Part shown: in pieces, positions 1 to 14,422 of the stretch
How positions within the stretch are numbered: position 1 is the first letter of the stretch
Layout of the letters: every line of letters starts with the position of its first letter
DNA from: Protoeuglena noctilucae
Lineage: Eukaryota
DNA length: 64,000 bases
Assembly (NCBI GenBank): GCA_958009085.1
Contig: OY253675.1
Location: forward strand, 62,001 to 126,000
Reading direction: 5' to 3'
Notes under the pieces: model-generated
Told to the model about the DNA's origin: nothing
Database searches by the model: none
What the model saw: the letters and a program-made list of their open reading frames with translations, nothing else
Position numbers and translations under genes: made by a program

Positions 1-716
1 ACGCCAGGTCTCCCCACATCGTCACATTGTCGCCCGCAGATCGAGGAGCCGTTCGGAGTGCTCCCTCTCGAATCCATGGTCCGCACCGCATCAGCGGACA
101 TGGACCTTTTGGTCAGGGCCAGGGCCGACCGTGCCCAGCCATGACGACACGCGAAGCACACACCGGGGGCTCGTCGTCACCAGCGCAGCATGTCGCTTTG
201 GCTACTATCGATCATGCCTCTCCACTTTCCGCCTTTTGTCCTCCCCTGGGGCCTCGAGAGTCCGCACTGTGCTGCCCAGGTCGCGTTTTGTGACCCCGGC
301 GACGTCCTGCTCCGCTAACGATGTGATGGGTTCGATACGGGACTCGTTTGCTATCAATGGCCTGGATTCCGCCTCTCCCGGCGTTGAATTCCACGGGTCA
401 ACGGCTGCTGCAGACGCCAGAACAGCTCGTCAGCCTCAGCGGGACTAGAATGGCGCCCGCCGCGTCCCGCGTATGCGAACTCGGTCACATCACTTGCGCC
501 TGCGAGTCCCACGTTGCGCGTTCGTCCACCGTCGAGGAGCCAGGGCAGCCAACACTTGCGCCTGCTGGAAGTTGCCCCGCCTACCGCGCACGCGCTTTCT
601 GAGGCTGCAGAGACCAATCCAGCCCGACCGTAGGCAGCGGGCATGTCCGGAGGCCTGGACCGGGCGCGCGTCTGAGCGGCGGCGTTCAAACGGGGCCGAG
701 CGCGCCGGTCGCCGCA

Positions 717-3420
717 ATGAGCATCGACGCGCTCCGGACGACGGGCGAGCTGTCTGACGTGACCGTCCGAGTGAAATACCACGATGTGGACAGCAACAGG
801 ATCATCGGGCAGCAGGACATGGCCCTGCACTCGACGCTGCTGGCGGCCAAGTCCGATTGGTTCAGAGACCATATTTTCCGCAACGCGGACGGCGTCACGG
901 CCAGCATGCGCATGTCGGGTGGGGAATAGTGCACTGGCGGAGGCGCCGGGGCCGCGCGCGCCGTTCCGCGGGGAACGCACAGGGTGATGCGCCGTATCTC
1001 TGCTTTTCCCTCGCAGTCCAGTCGCTGGTGCGCTCCATCTACGGCGGCTTCCTCGAAAAGAGTCTGAGTGTGATTGAGGTGCACCTCCCGCACTCCCAAA
1101 AGCTGTATTTCGAGGCCATGGTGAGTGATTAGTACCCGACTGCACACCCGCACCTGCCACCACTTCACCCGCCACCACCCGCACCTCCCTCCCACCCCAC
1201 TCACCCACCTCTGGTCCCCGCCACTCCATCCACCCCCCGTCTCCCCCCCTCCCCAACCCCAGATCGTCTTTATGTACAACAACTCGGTGGATTTAAACGA
1301 GCAGACGTACGCGGGCCTGTTGGAGGTGGCCCACACCTTCCGGGTTCGCGAGCTGGTGGACGCGGTGGTGGACTTCATTTTGGCCCGGCTCACCTGGGAC
1401 AACTGCGTCGAGGCGTGGCTGAATGCAATTGAGGTTGAGCACCCGCGATACGAGGCGCAGACGATGGCGGTGGTGGCAAGGAACTTCGACCGTGTCTATC
1501 GGGCGCCGGAGCTGGGGGATGCGGTGCCGGGGAAGGTGCTGGAGCTGCTCCGGCACCCGGATTTGAACGCCGCGGGGGAGGACGTCGTGTTTGAGATGGT
1601 CAGGTGAGACATGAGGGGGAGGGGGGGTGTTGAGGGGATTGACAAGTGGGGAAGTGGGGTGGGTGGGAGGTGAGCAGGAGGGGGCGTGTTGAGGGGCAAG
1701 TGGGGTGAGCGTGCGGTGAGTGGGACGTGGGCCATGTCGGTGCGTGTGAGTGAGGGCGTGGTGGGTGTGGGAGAGAGTGATTGTGAGGGGGAAAGGCAAG
1801 GAGCTTGCATGTGCCTTGCATGCCACTGCATCCCTCACAATCACACATGCCTGCGTGCACCCATCGCAGGGGTTACATGCAGAACATCGCCTCGCGCCAC
1901 GGCTACCAGATCAGCAGGGAGGAGAACCGGCAGCTGTGGGGGGCAGTGCGGTGAGGGGACAGGCAGCACAGGCTTGGGGAGAAGGGGTCAGCGGGGTGGG
2001 GAGAGCAACAATAGCTTTCTGCTATCGTCGATTTCCCCTGCTCGCTCAGCGCTGTTCCTCGCTTCCCTTTCTCTCCCACCCCCCAAGCCTGCACTACCTC
2101 TCGTTCACTCACCCCCCGCAGCATCCACTACCTCCCTCACCCACTCTCACCACCGCACCACCACCCCTCCCCCTCCGCCCCCGCAGCCTGCACTACCTCC
2201 CCCGTCCGATGCTGGCGGACCTGGCCGACCACAAAGACGTCACTGTGCCCCCGGACCTGGTCACGAGGGCGCTGATCGTGCGGCACAAGTTGGAAGAGAA
2301 CCCAGAGATGATGGGGAGGAGGGAGCTGGCGCCCAGGCAGTCGTACAGGCGAGGGGGGGTGGAGATGGTTGCTTATCTTTGTCGTAAGCCTCCCGTGGGC
2401 ATCTCTCACCGCTCATCAACCACACTCACCCCTCACCCGCCCGTCACCCCACACCTCTCACCCCACCACACCCCTCACACCCCCCCCCCCCCTCCCCTCC
2501 CCCCAGGCGCCTCGACATCGCCCGCGCCAAGCTCCCCTCCGCCCACCACCCCTCCCACAACTACGCCTGGCATGCGGATGACCTGCCCATGGGGTGGTGG
2601 CACCCGGGTCACCGGCAGTACCGAGCAGAGATCTACGCAGCACGGAACACGCTCGAGTGCGAGTGCTGCAGGGAGTTCCGAAAGAGGCCGGCCACACTGG
2701 CCAAGCCCAACGTGAGACGCGGTGGAGAGGGAGGGGAGACGTTGTGTTCTTTCACACCTTGTCTAGCCCTCGCACTCAACTTCATCCCCACTTCCACCCT
2801 CACACTCACTCCCACCCTCACCCCCACCCGCACCCTCACTACCCCCGCCCCTCACCCGCAGACCTTCCAGCCGACCCCTCGCTCCCCGTCCGCACCCCCC
2901 CGCACCTGCTGCGGCCTCTTCCGCCGCCCCACCCCCGCCTCCCAGACATTCCGCGACAACCACGACTCGTTGGGATTCGTGCGGCAGAGCGGGGACGGGG
3001 CGAGGAGCAGCGCGTCGGGCAGCGGGTGGCGGACCCCCCGGGGCGTCAGGAAACTGCCAGAATACGGTGTGCAGGGGTCCGGGGTGTCGGGGACGTCGGC
3101 GAATGGGAGGGAGGCGAGCGGGGCGTGGCGCAGGGCGGGGGGTGACGGTGGCGTCGTGAGGGGCAGCGGGGCGGTGGGTAACAGCGGGGCGTGGAGAGCG
3201 GCAGATCGGTACCGATACCCGCAGGTGAGTGGGGTGGGTGACTGTGTCGTGTGTGACTGTGTGGGTAGTGGCGAGCTGGTGAGAGTGGGGTGGGGACTCT
3301 GGTTTGTGGTGAGCGGGCGAGTGGGGCCCATGATATGGTGGCATCCAATAATGTCGTCCGTGCTCGCAGGACACCCCGAGCGTGGGTGCGTCGGCCGCGT
3401 CTCGGCCCTGGCAGCGGTGA
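717..3420 (+). CDS. BTB/POZ-BACK domain protein (probable CUL3 substrate adaptor), multi-exon
   Basis: Exon 1 'LSDVTVRV...HSTLLAAKSDWF' is a BTB start; later exons give 'FEAM|IVFMYNNSVDL...LLEVAHTFRVRELVDAVVDFILARLTWDNC' (BTB end) and 'VARNFDRV...LLRHPDLNAAGEDVVFEMV' (BACK). About 8 exons join in phase; last exon 3370-3420 ends in TGA. Confidence 0.8.
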
Positions 3421-4047
3421 CTTGCGCAGAGGGGGCCAGGGGAGCTGCGAGATGAAATACAGAAGAAGAGAGAGGGAGGTGGGCCAGCAGGGGCCGCGTG
3501 GATGGATAAGAGTAGGGATAGGGGCAGCGGGAGAGACACGTGAAGCGTGAGGGCTGCTTGGTCACGGTCAGCCACTCACGGCGTGGTGATACAGCGTGTT
3601 AAGTCACTTACAGATACTAGTAATAACTGTCACATGTCATCTGTTTCCATCTGTCGACACGCGTCGTCCCCTCTGCCATGGCCCTACGTCCTTCAACGGG
3701 GGGCGCGCCGCTTTACGTCTGCCGCCGCGTCGTTGCAGCCGCGTCCGCCTCAGCCGCGCGCCTCTCCCTGTGACAGACACTCTATGCCGGGCCGAAAGAA
3801 CACACGCAAGCCGTCCGCAAGCAAGAGCCGCCGCGTCACGGGGTCATGATCGCAGGGGCGCGCGCGTCGCCCCACGCATCACGCACTGCGCCCCCGACGC
3901 CTCTCCACACAAGCACCCGCCCGCACACCTGGCAGCAGCACTGCCACCGGCGCTAGCACACCAGAGGCTACACTGCCGGCACTAGCGCTTCGCCCGCGCC
4001 ACGCCGTGTCGGGGTCGGCCGTCGGCCACCACCGTCGTGTGATGCGC

Positions 4048-6724
<2,677 letters not shown>

Positions 6725-7248
6725 GTTGGGGGTTGCCTGTCCGCTGTCCCTGAAAAGGAATCTGAGTTGGTCGCTGGAGACTAACGCTGCTCGTGCGGGT
6801 AGCGAACGGAGGTTTTGCCGGCGAGCCGGCGACGGGCGAGCTGAAGAGGACCCGCAGGCGACGTTGCCAGTAAACATCGCATGCCAGCCGAGGGTGTGTC
6901 ACGCGAGGTTCAAGCCGGCGCGCCCAGAACGGGGCCATTTTCGAAATAAGGTGCTGCGGATGCGCCCGTGCATCCGACAGGAGATGCGGTCGCAGCAATG
7001 CGGTCCTGCGGCTGGCATGTGCAGCGCCAGCGCCGCTATGCTGAACGTGATGAAATGCAATGTCGCTGAAGTGCTTGGAAAGCTACCGACAACGTGGGCA
7101 TGAACTAGGATGGTCCAGATGTACGCCGAACGCACACAGTCCGTTGTCAGCGAGCCGACGAGGTTCGCGCGCTGCAGGCAATGGGCGACGGGCTTCGGCC
7201 AGCTAGCCGTGCCGCAGCACATGTCACCGCCAGCCTGGGGGCTCCCGC

Positions 7249-7533
7249 TCACCCTCGCGGGACCGGCGTGGGCGGCACCGTCATGGCATCGCCCTTGGAT
7301 GCGTGGCCGGCGCGGTGCCTCCAGCCCGTGTTGGTGCAGACGTACCGGACGCGCGTGGGGAACAACACGGAGCCGTCGTCGATGGCCGTGTCCAGTGCAA
7401 AGTCCGGGGCCGTGCTCTCCCGTTGCCGCTCTTGTAAAATGGAGTGCGGGTACGCTTTGTACACGTACGACAGCCAAATCGTGTCGTACACGAGCAAGTT
7501 CACGCCCTTGGGGACCATCGCGGCCCCGCTCAT
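7249..7533 (-). CDS. possible small hypothetical protein (first exon)
   Basis: 94-codon ORF with strong G/C third-position bias ending at a GG|GTGAG donor-like site; no recognisable domain. Confidence 0.3.
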   Translation of the reverse strand: MSGAAMVPKGVNLLVYDTIWLSYVYKAYPHSILQERQRESTAPDFALDTAIDDGSVLFPTRVRYVCTNTGWRHRAGHASKGDAMTVPPTPVPRG

Positions 7534-8064
7534 GGCTGCACGTCCATGAACGGGCTCAAGGAGTCCTTTCGTTGCTGCGGGGGGCGGACTCCGCGGGTGT
7601 TAGGGTGAAGCACACTAGCTGACCTTGACCGCGCGGCCCCGCCCCTGGCAAGCGTTTGCGCGTGCGCCACCAGCTGCATGTGATGCTCACCTGTCTTATG
7701 CGGGCAAGTGCCGCCTCAATGTCCTGCCTCGGCGCCGGGGAGGCTCGCTGTTTCTCAACTCCACGATCGAGGGCGGCTGCGGGCGCCGGTCGCCTGCGTT
7801 GGGGCGGCGAGATGCCTATCGCGACGTATCGTACAGGACGGAAAACGGATGTCACGTTTTAGAGTGGCTGGCAGTCGCGCAGGTGGCGAGGCAGCCGTTG
7901 TGTGCCTTGCCAGCAATGCTTTTGCCCTCCTCGACTCCGTCGTGGGTCTTTCCAAAAAAGGCTTTGAGAGTCGTGACGTGAATATTATCTGCAGATGAGG
8001 GACTCCAGAGGGTGTAGAAGCCTGGGTTAGGAACCCAGAGACTGACAAACGCAGGCACAGCAAG

Positions 8065-8675
8065 CCGCAGGGGGGCTTTGGTGCGTCAAGGTGGCATGTC
8101 ACGCCCTGATCACACTCACAAGGTCGTGAAAGCAGCCAAAGCGTGCCTAGTAACCAATTGCCACGCGACACATTCAACGTTCGCAACCAGGCTCGCAATG
8201 GCCGGCTGCCGCATGCGGCCTGTTAGCCGCACCCTCGCACCGGCGCCCTCCTCCCAGCGCCGCGCTTGTCACCTGCCCGTTGCACCTCGCCGCCCACCGC
8301 TTGCCCACGCAGACCACTCGCATGCACGGCCGTGCGCCCCTCACGTGCGCCACCTCCCCAGCACCCGCCCCGCTGCCGCCCACCACTGCGCCGGCGCTCG
8401 TCCCTGGGCCGCCTGCACACAGCGGCGCTGATATCGGACAGCTGACAGCCCCTGCCTCTCGCAGGGTCCCATGGGCACAGAGCGGGCCTGCTGGCGAGGC
8501 CACAAGCATGGACCTGCGCTATCATGCGCCGCTGGATGGAGCGTCGGCCTGCGCTTGAGGTGACGCCCCGCACCATCAGCCCCGTCGCTGGCCAGCTCCT
8601 CGCCCCGCATGCGCCTCCTCCCACCCGTCGAGAGGGTGACAGAGACGGGCCATGCATGCGGCGCCTGGCAGACCA
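8065..8675 (+). repeat. diverged dispersed repeat: fused copy of the two flanks of the F-box-ankyrin gene
   Basis: 8065-8420 aligns by eye to 22785-23195 (e.g. cacctccccagcacccg-c-ccgctgccgcccaccactg); 8436-8675 aligns to 25564-25812 (e.g. tcatgcgccgctggatggagcgtcggcctgcgcttga, cccacccgtcgagagggtgacag). Same orientation. Confidence 0.8.
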
Positions 8676-9290
8676 CACGCGCTGCGCAGTCTCCAGCCGC
8701 GGCCTGTGCATGCCGTGCCGCGACTCGGCGGCCTTTATATCTGCTCAGCTCGCCGCCCCGTCCGCCTCAGCGCACGGCTGCGTTGGGGCCACGGGTGGCG
8801 CGACGTCAAGCGACCGAGGCGGGGATCTGCAGTGCTGTAGGTGGCAGCGGCTCGCAGCCAGCCCGTTGCCGCACTCTCCATCCACCGCTGTCGACACGAC
8901 GCCCTCGGCCCCCGCTGCACTGGGATGCGGGCTTGCTGCTGACCTCGGCCCGTGGCCGGGCTCGGGAGCACGCGACCACAGGACCACGGCACCGGTGCAG
9001 CTGGTCCGGCAGCTGTGGCGGTGGCCGTGCGGCGGCTGTCTCTCTCTCGCTGCGGTGGGCAACGCTGTGGTGCATGCACGTGCAGCTGGGGCAGTCAGGT
9101 TCACGCGCCGTGCTCTGGCATGTGCTGACCGCGGCTGCCGAGCACTTGGCGCCCGTTGCGCTCGCCTGCCCGTGCCATCACATTTACGGCAAGCGCTGTG
9201 AGTATTAGCACGCCCGTTCGCTGCGCGGGACTGGAACCTCGCACACAAGAGAGGAAACTCCCAGGATCGGGGCGCGCGCCGCGGGGACCC

Positions 9291-10348
9291 ATGCTGAGGA
9301 AGGCGGTGTCGACGCTCGTGGGGCCGGGCGCGTTGGCTGGGGCCTGGCGTGGCCTGGCGGGGCTGGGGACGAGCCGGGGGATGGCTGCGGTCGCGCAGGA
9401 CACGTACAACGTCCCAGAGGGCCACCGGAACTCGAGGTGGGCGCGGATGACTGGGTCTTCGCGCAATAAATGGACCCTTGCATTTCTGGCGGTGTCCGGT
9501 GACGGGACAACCGCGTCCGGCGGTCAAACATTGTCCCACGTTGCAGCCCGCGCAGCGCCCCCGCAGCATGGCCGCGCCCGTCCTCAGGCTCATGAGCCCT
9601 TCATGAGATCGATTCTTTTACATCGCGGCTCATTGCAGGCTGGACGGCGTCACCTGCAACATTTCTCTGGGCCGACGACGGGACCTCACTCTGCGGCAGG
9701 ACATCCAGGTCCACGGCGCGGCGGGCCCCACGGTGTGTCCGCGCTGCAGTTGCAATGGGTCGGATGATGGTTTATCTCCGCCTCGCCGCGTCGCTCTTCG
9801 CCTTTTCGGGGACCTGCATCCCCGATGCTCCCGCCCCCGCGCAGTCGCTCGCTGCGCTTCTCAAGGACCGCAAGACGCTTCTTCTGGGCCTTCCTGGGGG
9901 CAAGGTGTGCGAGGAACAGCACTTCCCCGACTATCAGAAGAGCTTCCCGAGCCTCAAAGTGCGTGGGTGTGCACACCAAAGCCGGGCATGCTGCTGGAGG
10001 TTCGCGAAACGCCCATGACCCGCCCTGCGTTCGCTCTGATCGCAGTCCCTGGGGATCGACAAGGTGATCGTGGTGCTGCAGGAGACGCCCGAAGGCGCGC
10101 GGGCCTGGGCGCAGCGCGTGGGTGCAGACCCCGCGACGACGGAGGTGGTGGCGGACTCACGGGGCACTTTCACGCGGATGCTGGGGGTGGAGATCGCGGA
10201 GGGACCCGCGAAGAACCACCGGTACACGGCGATCGTCGACGGTGGCGTGCTCTTGCGCATGGTGGTCGAGGAGAGCCCTAAGGATTTCCGAAAGTGCACA
10301 GCGGAGGCGGTCGCCGCTGACATTCGGACGCTCATGGGGGGTCGGTGA
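9291..10348 (+). CDS. type II (PRX5-like) peroxiredoxin/redoxin-fold protein with organellar-type N-terminal presequence, 4 exons
   Basis: Exons 9291-9436, 9639-9708, 9845-9958 and 10046-10348 join in frame: 'KTLLLGLPGGKVCEEQHFPDY...LKSLGIDKVIVV...AWA...VVADSRGTFTRMLG...NHRYTAIVDGGV...VEE...CTAEAV' follows the PRX5 layout; Arg/Ala-rich N-terminus. Confidence 0.75.
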
Positions 10349-10618
10349 CCGACGGCCTGGCTCACATGAGGGCTGGAATGCGGCCGTGGTAGGGCGACGA
10401 GGGCGTGTGCTGGCGGCGGCGGGCGGTGGCGGCGGGCATGCGTGTGCTGGGCAGCGGTCGAGGCCCACATGCGTTGGCAGGCAGTGGGCACCACTGCGCG
10501 CTGCTGGGGCTTGCTATTCGTCTTGAAAGGGTAACATCTGTGCTGAATCACAACGAAGAAGTGAAAGATCTCCTTCGCCTAGTTGGAGCTCGCCCGTGCT
10601 AGACCCACTACGCGAGGC

Positions 10619-11250
10619 TTAGAAGCCGATCTGCGCCGCCTCTAGGTCTGCTGCGCGCGAGGGTTTCCGCAGGTCCCTGGAAGCGCAGTCCCGGAACTGC
10701 GGACCCCGCCGGTTGTCGATCTCTCCGTCCTCCAATGGGTCGGCACCATAGATGGCCTTGTAGCAGTCCTGGAAGCGCAGGCGGGACCGGGAAGTAGCGC
10801 AGCAAGGAGAGGCGCACGGAAGGAAAAGAGCGGTTTTGGAACGATGGCGAAGCAATGGACGCGTGCAATCCCCCACCTCGGATATGCACCGCAACACGCA
10901 GTTGTCCTTGGCCGTCTGGTCGACCGTGCACACGGGCCCCCACGAATCGACGCGCGTCTCGCACATGGTGCGGATGCGCGTCAATACCCTGTCGTTCCGT
11001 CCCTTGCCAGCCTGCGGATGCGCGGCGGTGATGGTCATTAGGGCGACGTGCCCCTTTCGCCGCGAACGCCAGCTCCTGCAGGCTCTCCCGAGTGCCATAG
11101 GTGCACTCAGGTTTTTCCAGTGCTCATAATGTTCACGCATCATGCGAGACTCGCCTTCCCGACCACGACATGCGCGCTGGAGAGGACGGAGAAGAGCGCG
11201 ACAAAGAGTACCAGCCAAAGCTCGTGGAGCCGCGGCCTGGTCGTCCCCAT
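10619..11250 (-). CDS. small secreted Cys-rich protein, DUF4787-like, 3 exons
   Basis: Hydrophobic signal-like exon 1 (LWLVLFVALFSVLSSA) ending at an AAG|GCGAGT donor, then 'C...C...DNCVLRCISE|DCYKAIYGADPLEDGEIDNRR...F.DC', the motif pattern I recall for DUF4787. Confidence 0.7.
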
Positions 11251-11973
11251 CAGCCCTTCAGCCGCAAGAAGGTACGCGGGTGCGCCTGTCGTCACGGCGC
11301 GGGGCCTGTTCGCGCGCTGTGGGCTGCTGATCACGCACGGAGCGCTCGGTTCGATGGGGTTCTCTCTGAGGCAAAGAACCAGATAGAGACCCCACCCGCC
11401 TCGCTATGCTCCCTTTGCTAGTCAGGATTCGATGATGGGAGAGGCCCCTCGCCTCGTTTCTCATAGCGTGCGAGACACCAGGTTGAGTCTTGCGTGGTCA
11501 AACCCGGGGTTTCCACCCGATCCCTGCGCTCAAACGCTGCAGATGACGATCTCCTTGTCCTTTCGAACGCAAGGTACGCCCAACCATCGCCGGGGACCTC
11601 GGCACAATCCCGAGTTGGCAAACGAGCAGTGCAGTTTGCATCTTTCGACGTGCTCGCTGCCCGATGGAGCCCGGCGACGGTGTCCAGGCAGGCGTGGAGG
11701 ATGCACACGGCTCCACGCTGCCTTTGCCGATCGATGCGGACCCAGGGAGCGCGGAGGGGCTGAGCGCAGAGGGTGCAAGCGACATGAGCGTGGCTGGTGA
11801 GTGCGATCGGCCTGCTTGCTCGTAGAACGGCTCGCAGGAGCAATGTTCCTCTTCGTGTGACTGTCCGGGCGCGCGGCGTGGGCTGCAAACGCGCCCGTCT
11901 TAGGCGCCGTGGCGTGCCCTGTGACGCAGGGTCCTCCACCGCGGCGAGCGGCGTTTCGCGAGGTGGTCCGCCC

Positions 11974-14186
11974 ATGAAGTTATTCCTCGTCACACACACG
12001 ATCGCCGCGGCGACGGCAAAGGTGCCGGGCTTTGCTCGCGACGCGCGGCATGTCACCGTTTGCGTGACCGCCGCGCAACCGCCGTCCCGCTCGTCCCGCG
12101 CAGATGCCGTTGCATATGATGATCCTTCTGCAGCACGTCTCGACGCCTTCGCCGTCCCCGCCCGCGTTCCGGTGCCGCCAGATCCTCCCGGCCTCCGGCA
12201 CCGTGTCCGTCTCTGTGTGGGACGGGTCTGGAGACGCCGCGATGCTCAAGGATTACCTGGACGGCGTGCTGAACGGCGACGCGAGCCCCGGGGATCCCCT
12301 GTACTGGCGAGTCGCGCGGCTGCGGCGCAGCGCAGCACGATTGCGGGCCCACGACACGTCTTAAGCTGTGAGGCTTGTCTTCGTGAATTGCAGCGATAAC
12401 GCGGTGCATGAGCTCGTGGAGGACTTCATGTGGGGCATCGCGCGGGACATGCTGCGCGCAAGGGCTGCGGGGCGCGTGGCGTCGACGGTGGGGGCGGGGG
12501 CACGGCAGGCCATCAGGTGCGTCATGTGGGCATCGCATGGGCATCGCCGGAATGGTGCGATGTGCGGCGCTGGCTTGCATTTGTGTTCCTAGTCATGCGC
12601 CTCTCTCCTCTCCCTGCATGCTGACTCGCTGACCCATCTCCCTCTTCATACCCCTCTCATCCATCTCTCACTGCGTTCCACCCGTCATCCATCTCTCACT
12701 GCACACCATCTCTCATCCATCCTTCACTGCATCCCCCTCTCGTCCATCTCTCATTGCGTTCCATGTCTCATCGCATGCCCCTGTTGCCCTCCTCGCAGCA
12801 CCATCAAGGGCACTGCAGCCGTGGGCCTGTCCTCTGCCGCCGCAATCCTCGGTGACTTCGACCAGAGACTACAGGTAAGGCATGACCAGAGGCTGCTGCG
12901 GTGTGGGTGACCTGGACCAGAGACTGCAGGCGAGTTAGTGGCCGATGCTGTGTGGGTGACATTGACCAGAGACTGCAGGTGAGACGATGGCAGTGGCCGC
13001 CCCTCTCGCCCACGCCCCCTTGCACGCATCTGACCGTCGCGTCTCTCACACGTCCCACACCCACCACCCCCCACACCCACCACCCCCCTCCCCGCAGGTG
13101 TCCGGCGCCGCCGCCCGTGCCCTCCAGGCCTCCTCCACCGCCGCCTCCCAGGCCCTGCAGATGTCCCGCCGCGCCCTGGAGCACCAGGCCGTGGCGTCCG
13201 GCGTGCGCACCGTCAACGACACCGTCAAGCGCGGGTGGGGGTTCCTGTCCTCCGCCATGTCATCGGTGCTGGGGCAGGTGAGGGGTGGGGTAGTGGCAAG
13301 GGATGCGTGCCGTTGACTATGTCTTCCTGTTGTCAAGCCTGTCCCCCGCGCTGGGGCAAGTGAGCCATACCCTACCGCAAAGGGGCTTTCGTGCTTTCAA
13401 TGACATCTCCACGCCTCCTCACCTCTCCCCACACTGCCCACGCCTTCGTCCTCCCCAGGTGGCCACGGCAGCCACCGACTTCAACGCCCAGTCCTCGGTG
13501 CGCCCTTTCCACTATGGCGATCACGGCGGTGACGACTATGACAATGAGACAGCGGGGGACTACGCTCACGTGGGGCCAGCGAACGAGGGAGCTGCGATGG
13601 GGGGTGACGGGGCGGGGGAGGGGGGTGTGGCTGCGCCCACGCCCGAAGCCGTGATGGCGGCGGCGGCGGCGGGGATGGTGGGCGACGCGAGGGGGGTGGC
13701 GGGGACGGGGGCGGCGGGGTGGGTGCCCGTGGGCCCGCCGCCGCCGATGCCGCAGGTGAGGGGATGAGAGGGTGGGGTGAGAGGGATGGGGAGGGAGTTC
13801 AGGATGGCAAGGGAGGGGATGCGGTATGAGACGTGACGTGGCGTGGCGTGGGTGTGGGCGTGTGATGAGTCATTGTTGGGACTGTTTGATGTCGAACATA
13901 GTAACAACATAGTAACAGTATCTGTCGGTCTCTGTCATCGCAGGCGCCGGCGGCGAGGCTGGGGGCGGCGGCCACGGCTGCGGGTGGCATGGGGGAGAGC
14001 CTGCTGGTGCCCAGTGAGCTTGTGGCGGGGCCTGCGCGCGGGACCGAGGGGGAAGCGGGTGCGCATGCGGAGGGCGCGGGAGGGGCGAAGGGGGATGCGG
14101 GGGAGGAGGAGGATTGGGAGGGAGATTTGGCGGGGGGAGACGACGAGGGCGACGATGGGAGCGGGGAGGAGTGGCTGAATCAATGA
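11974..14186 (+). CDS. hypothetical protein, ~8 exons, acidic C-terminal tail
   Basis: Codon-biased exons bounded by AG/GT(GC): MKLFLVTHTIAAATAK; ...MLKDYLDGVLNG...; ...ELVEDFMWGIARDML...; ...GDFDQRLQ; VSGAAARALQ...WGFLSSAMSSVLGQ; VATAATDF...; ...EEEDWEGDL...EEWLNQ*. Confidence 0.6.
12634..12775. repeat. intronic degenerate tandem repeat (ccatctctcactgc-type unit)
   Basis: Recurring ccatctctca(c/t)tgc / catccatc units visible directly. Confidence 0.6.
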
Positions 14187-14422
14187 GCGCTACTTTCATG
14201 CATATGTTAGGGTAGCTAACGAATGGACGGAGAAGTGAGTTGAATCGCATGCGGATCCGGGCTGCCAGCGCAGCGCGGTGTCGGACTGATGCGTGCCGGT
14301 CGCTGGGGTTCGCTGAACGCGGGCGCGCGGGCCCTGTCGCGTCACTTTGGACGGGTATTTGTCATCGCGCGCTTACGAGACGCATCGGGCGGCCCCCGGA
14401 GACTCGCGCGCCGCTCAGCGCC

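Noticed and set aside
7181..7549. 122-aa plus-strand ORF
   Set aside because: Codon-aligned antisense of the minus-strand candidate; no independent evidence.
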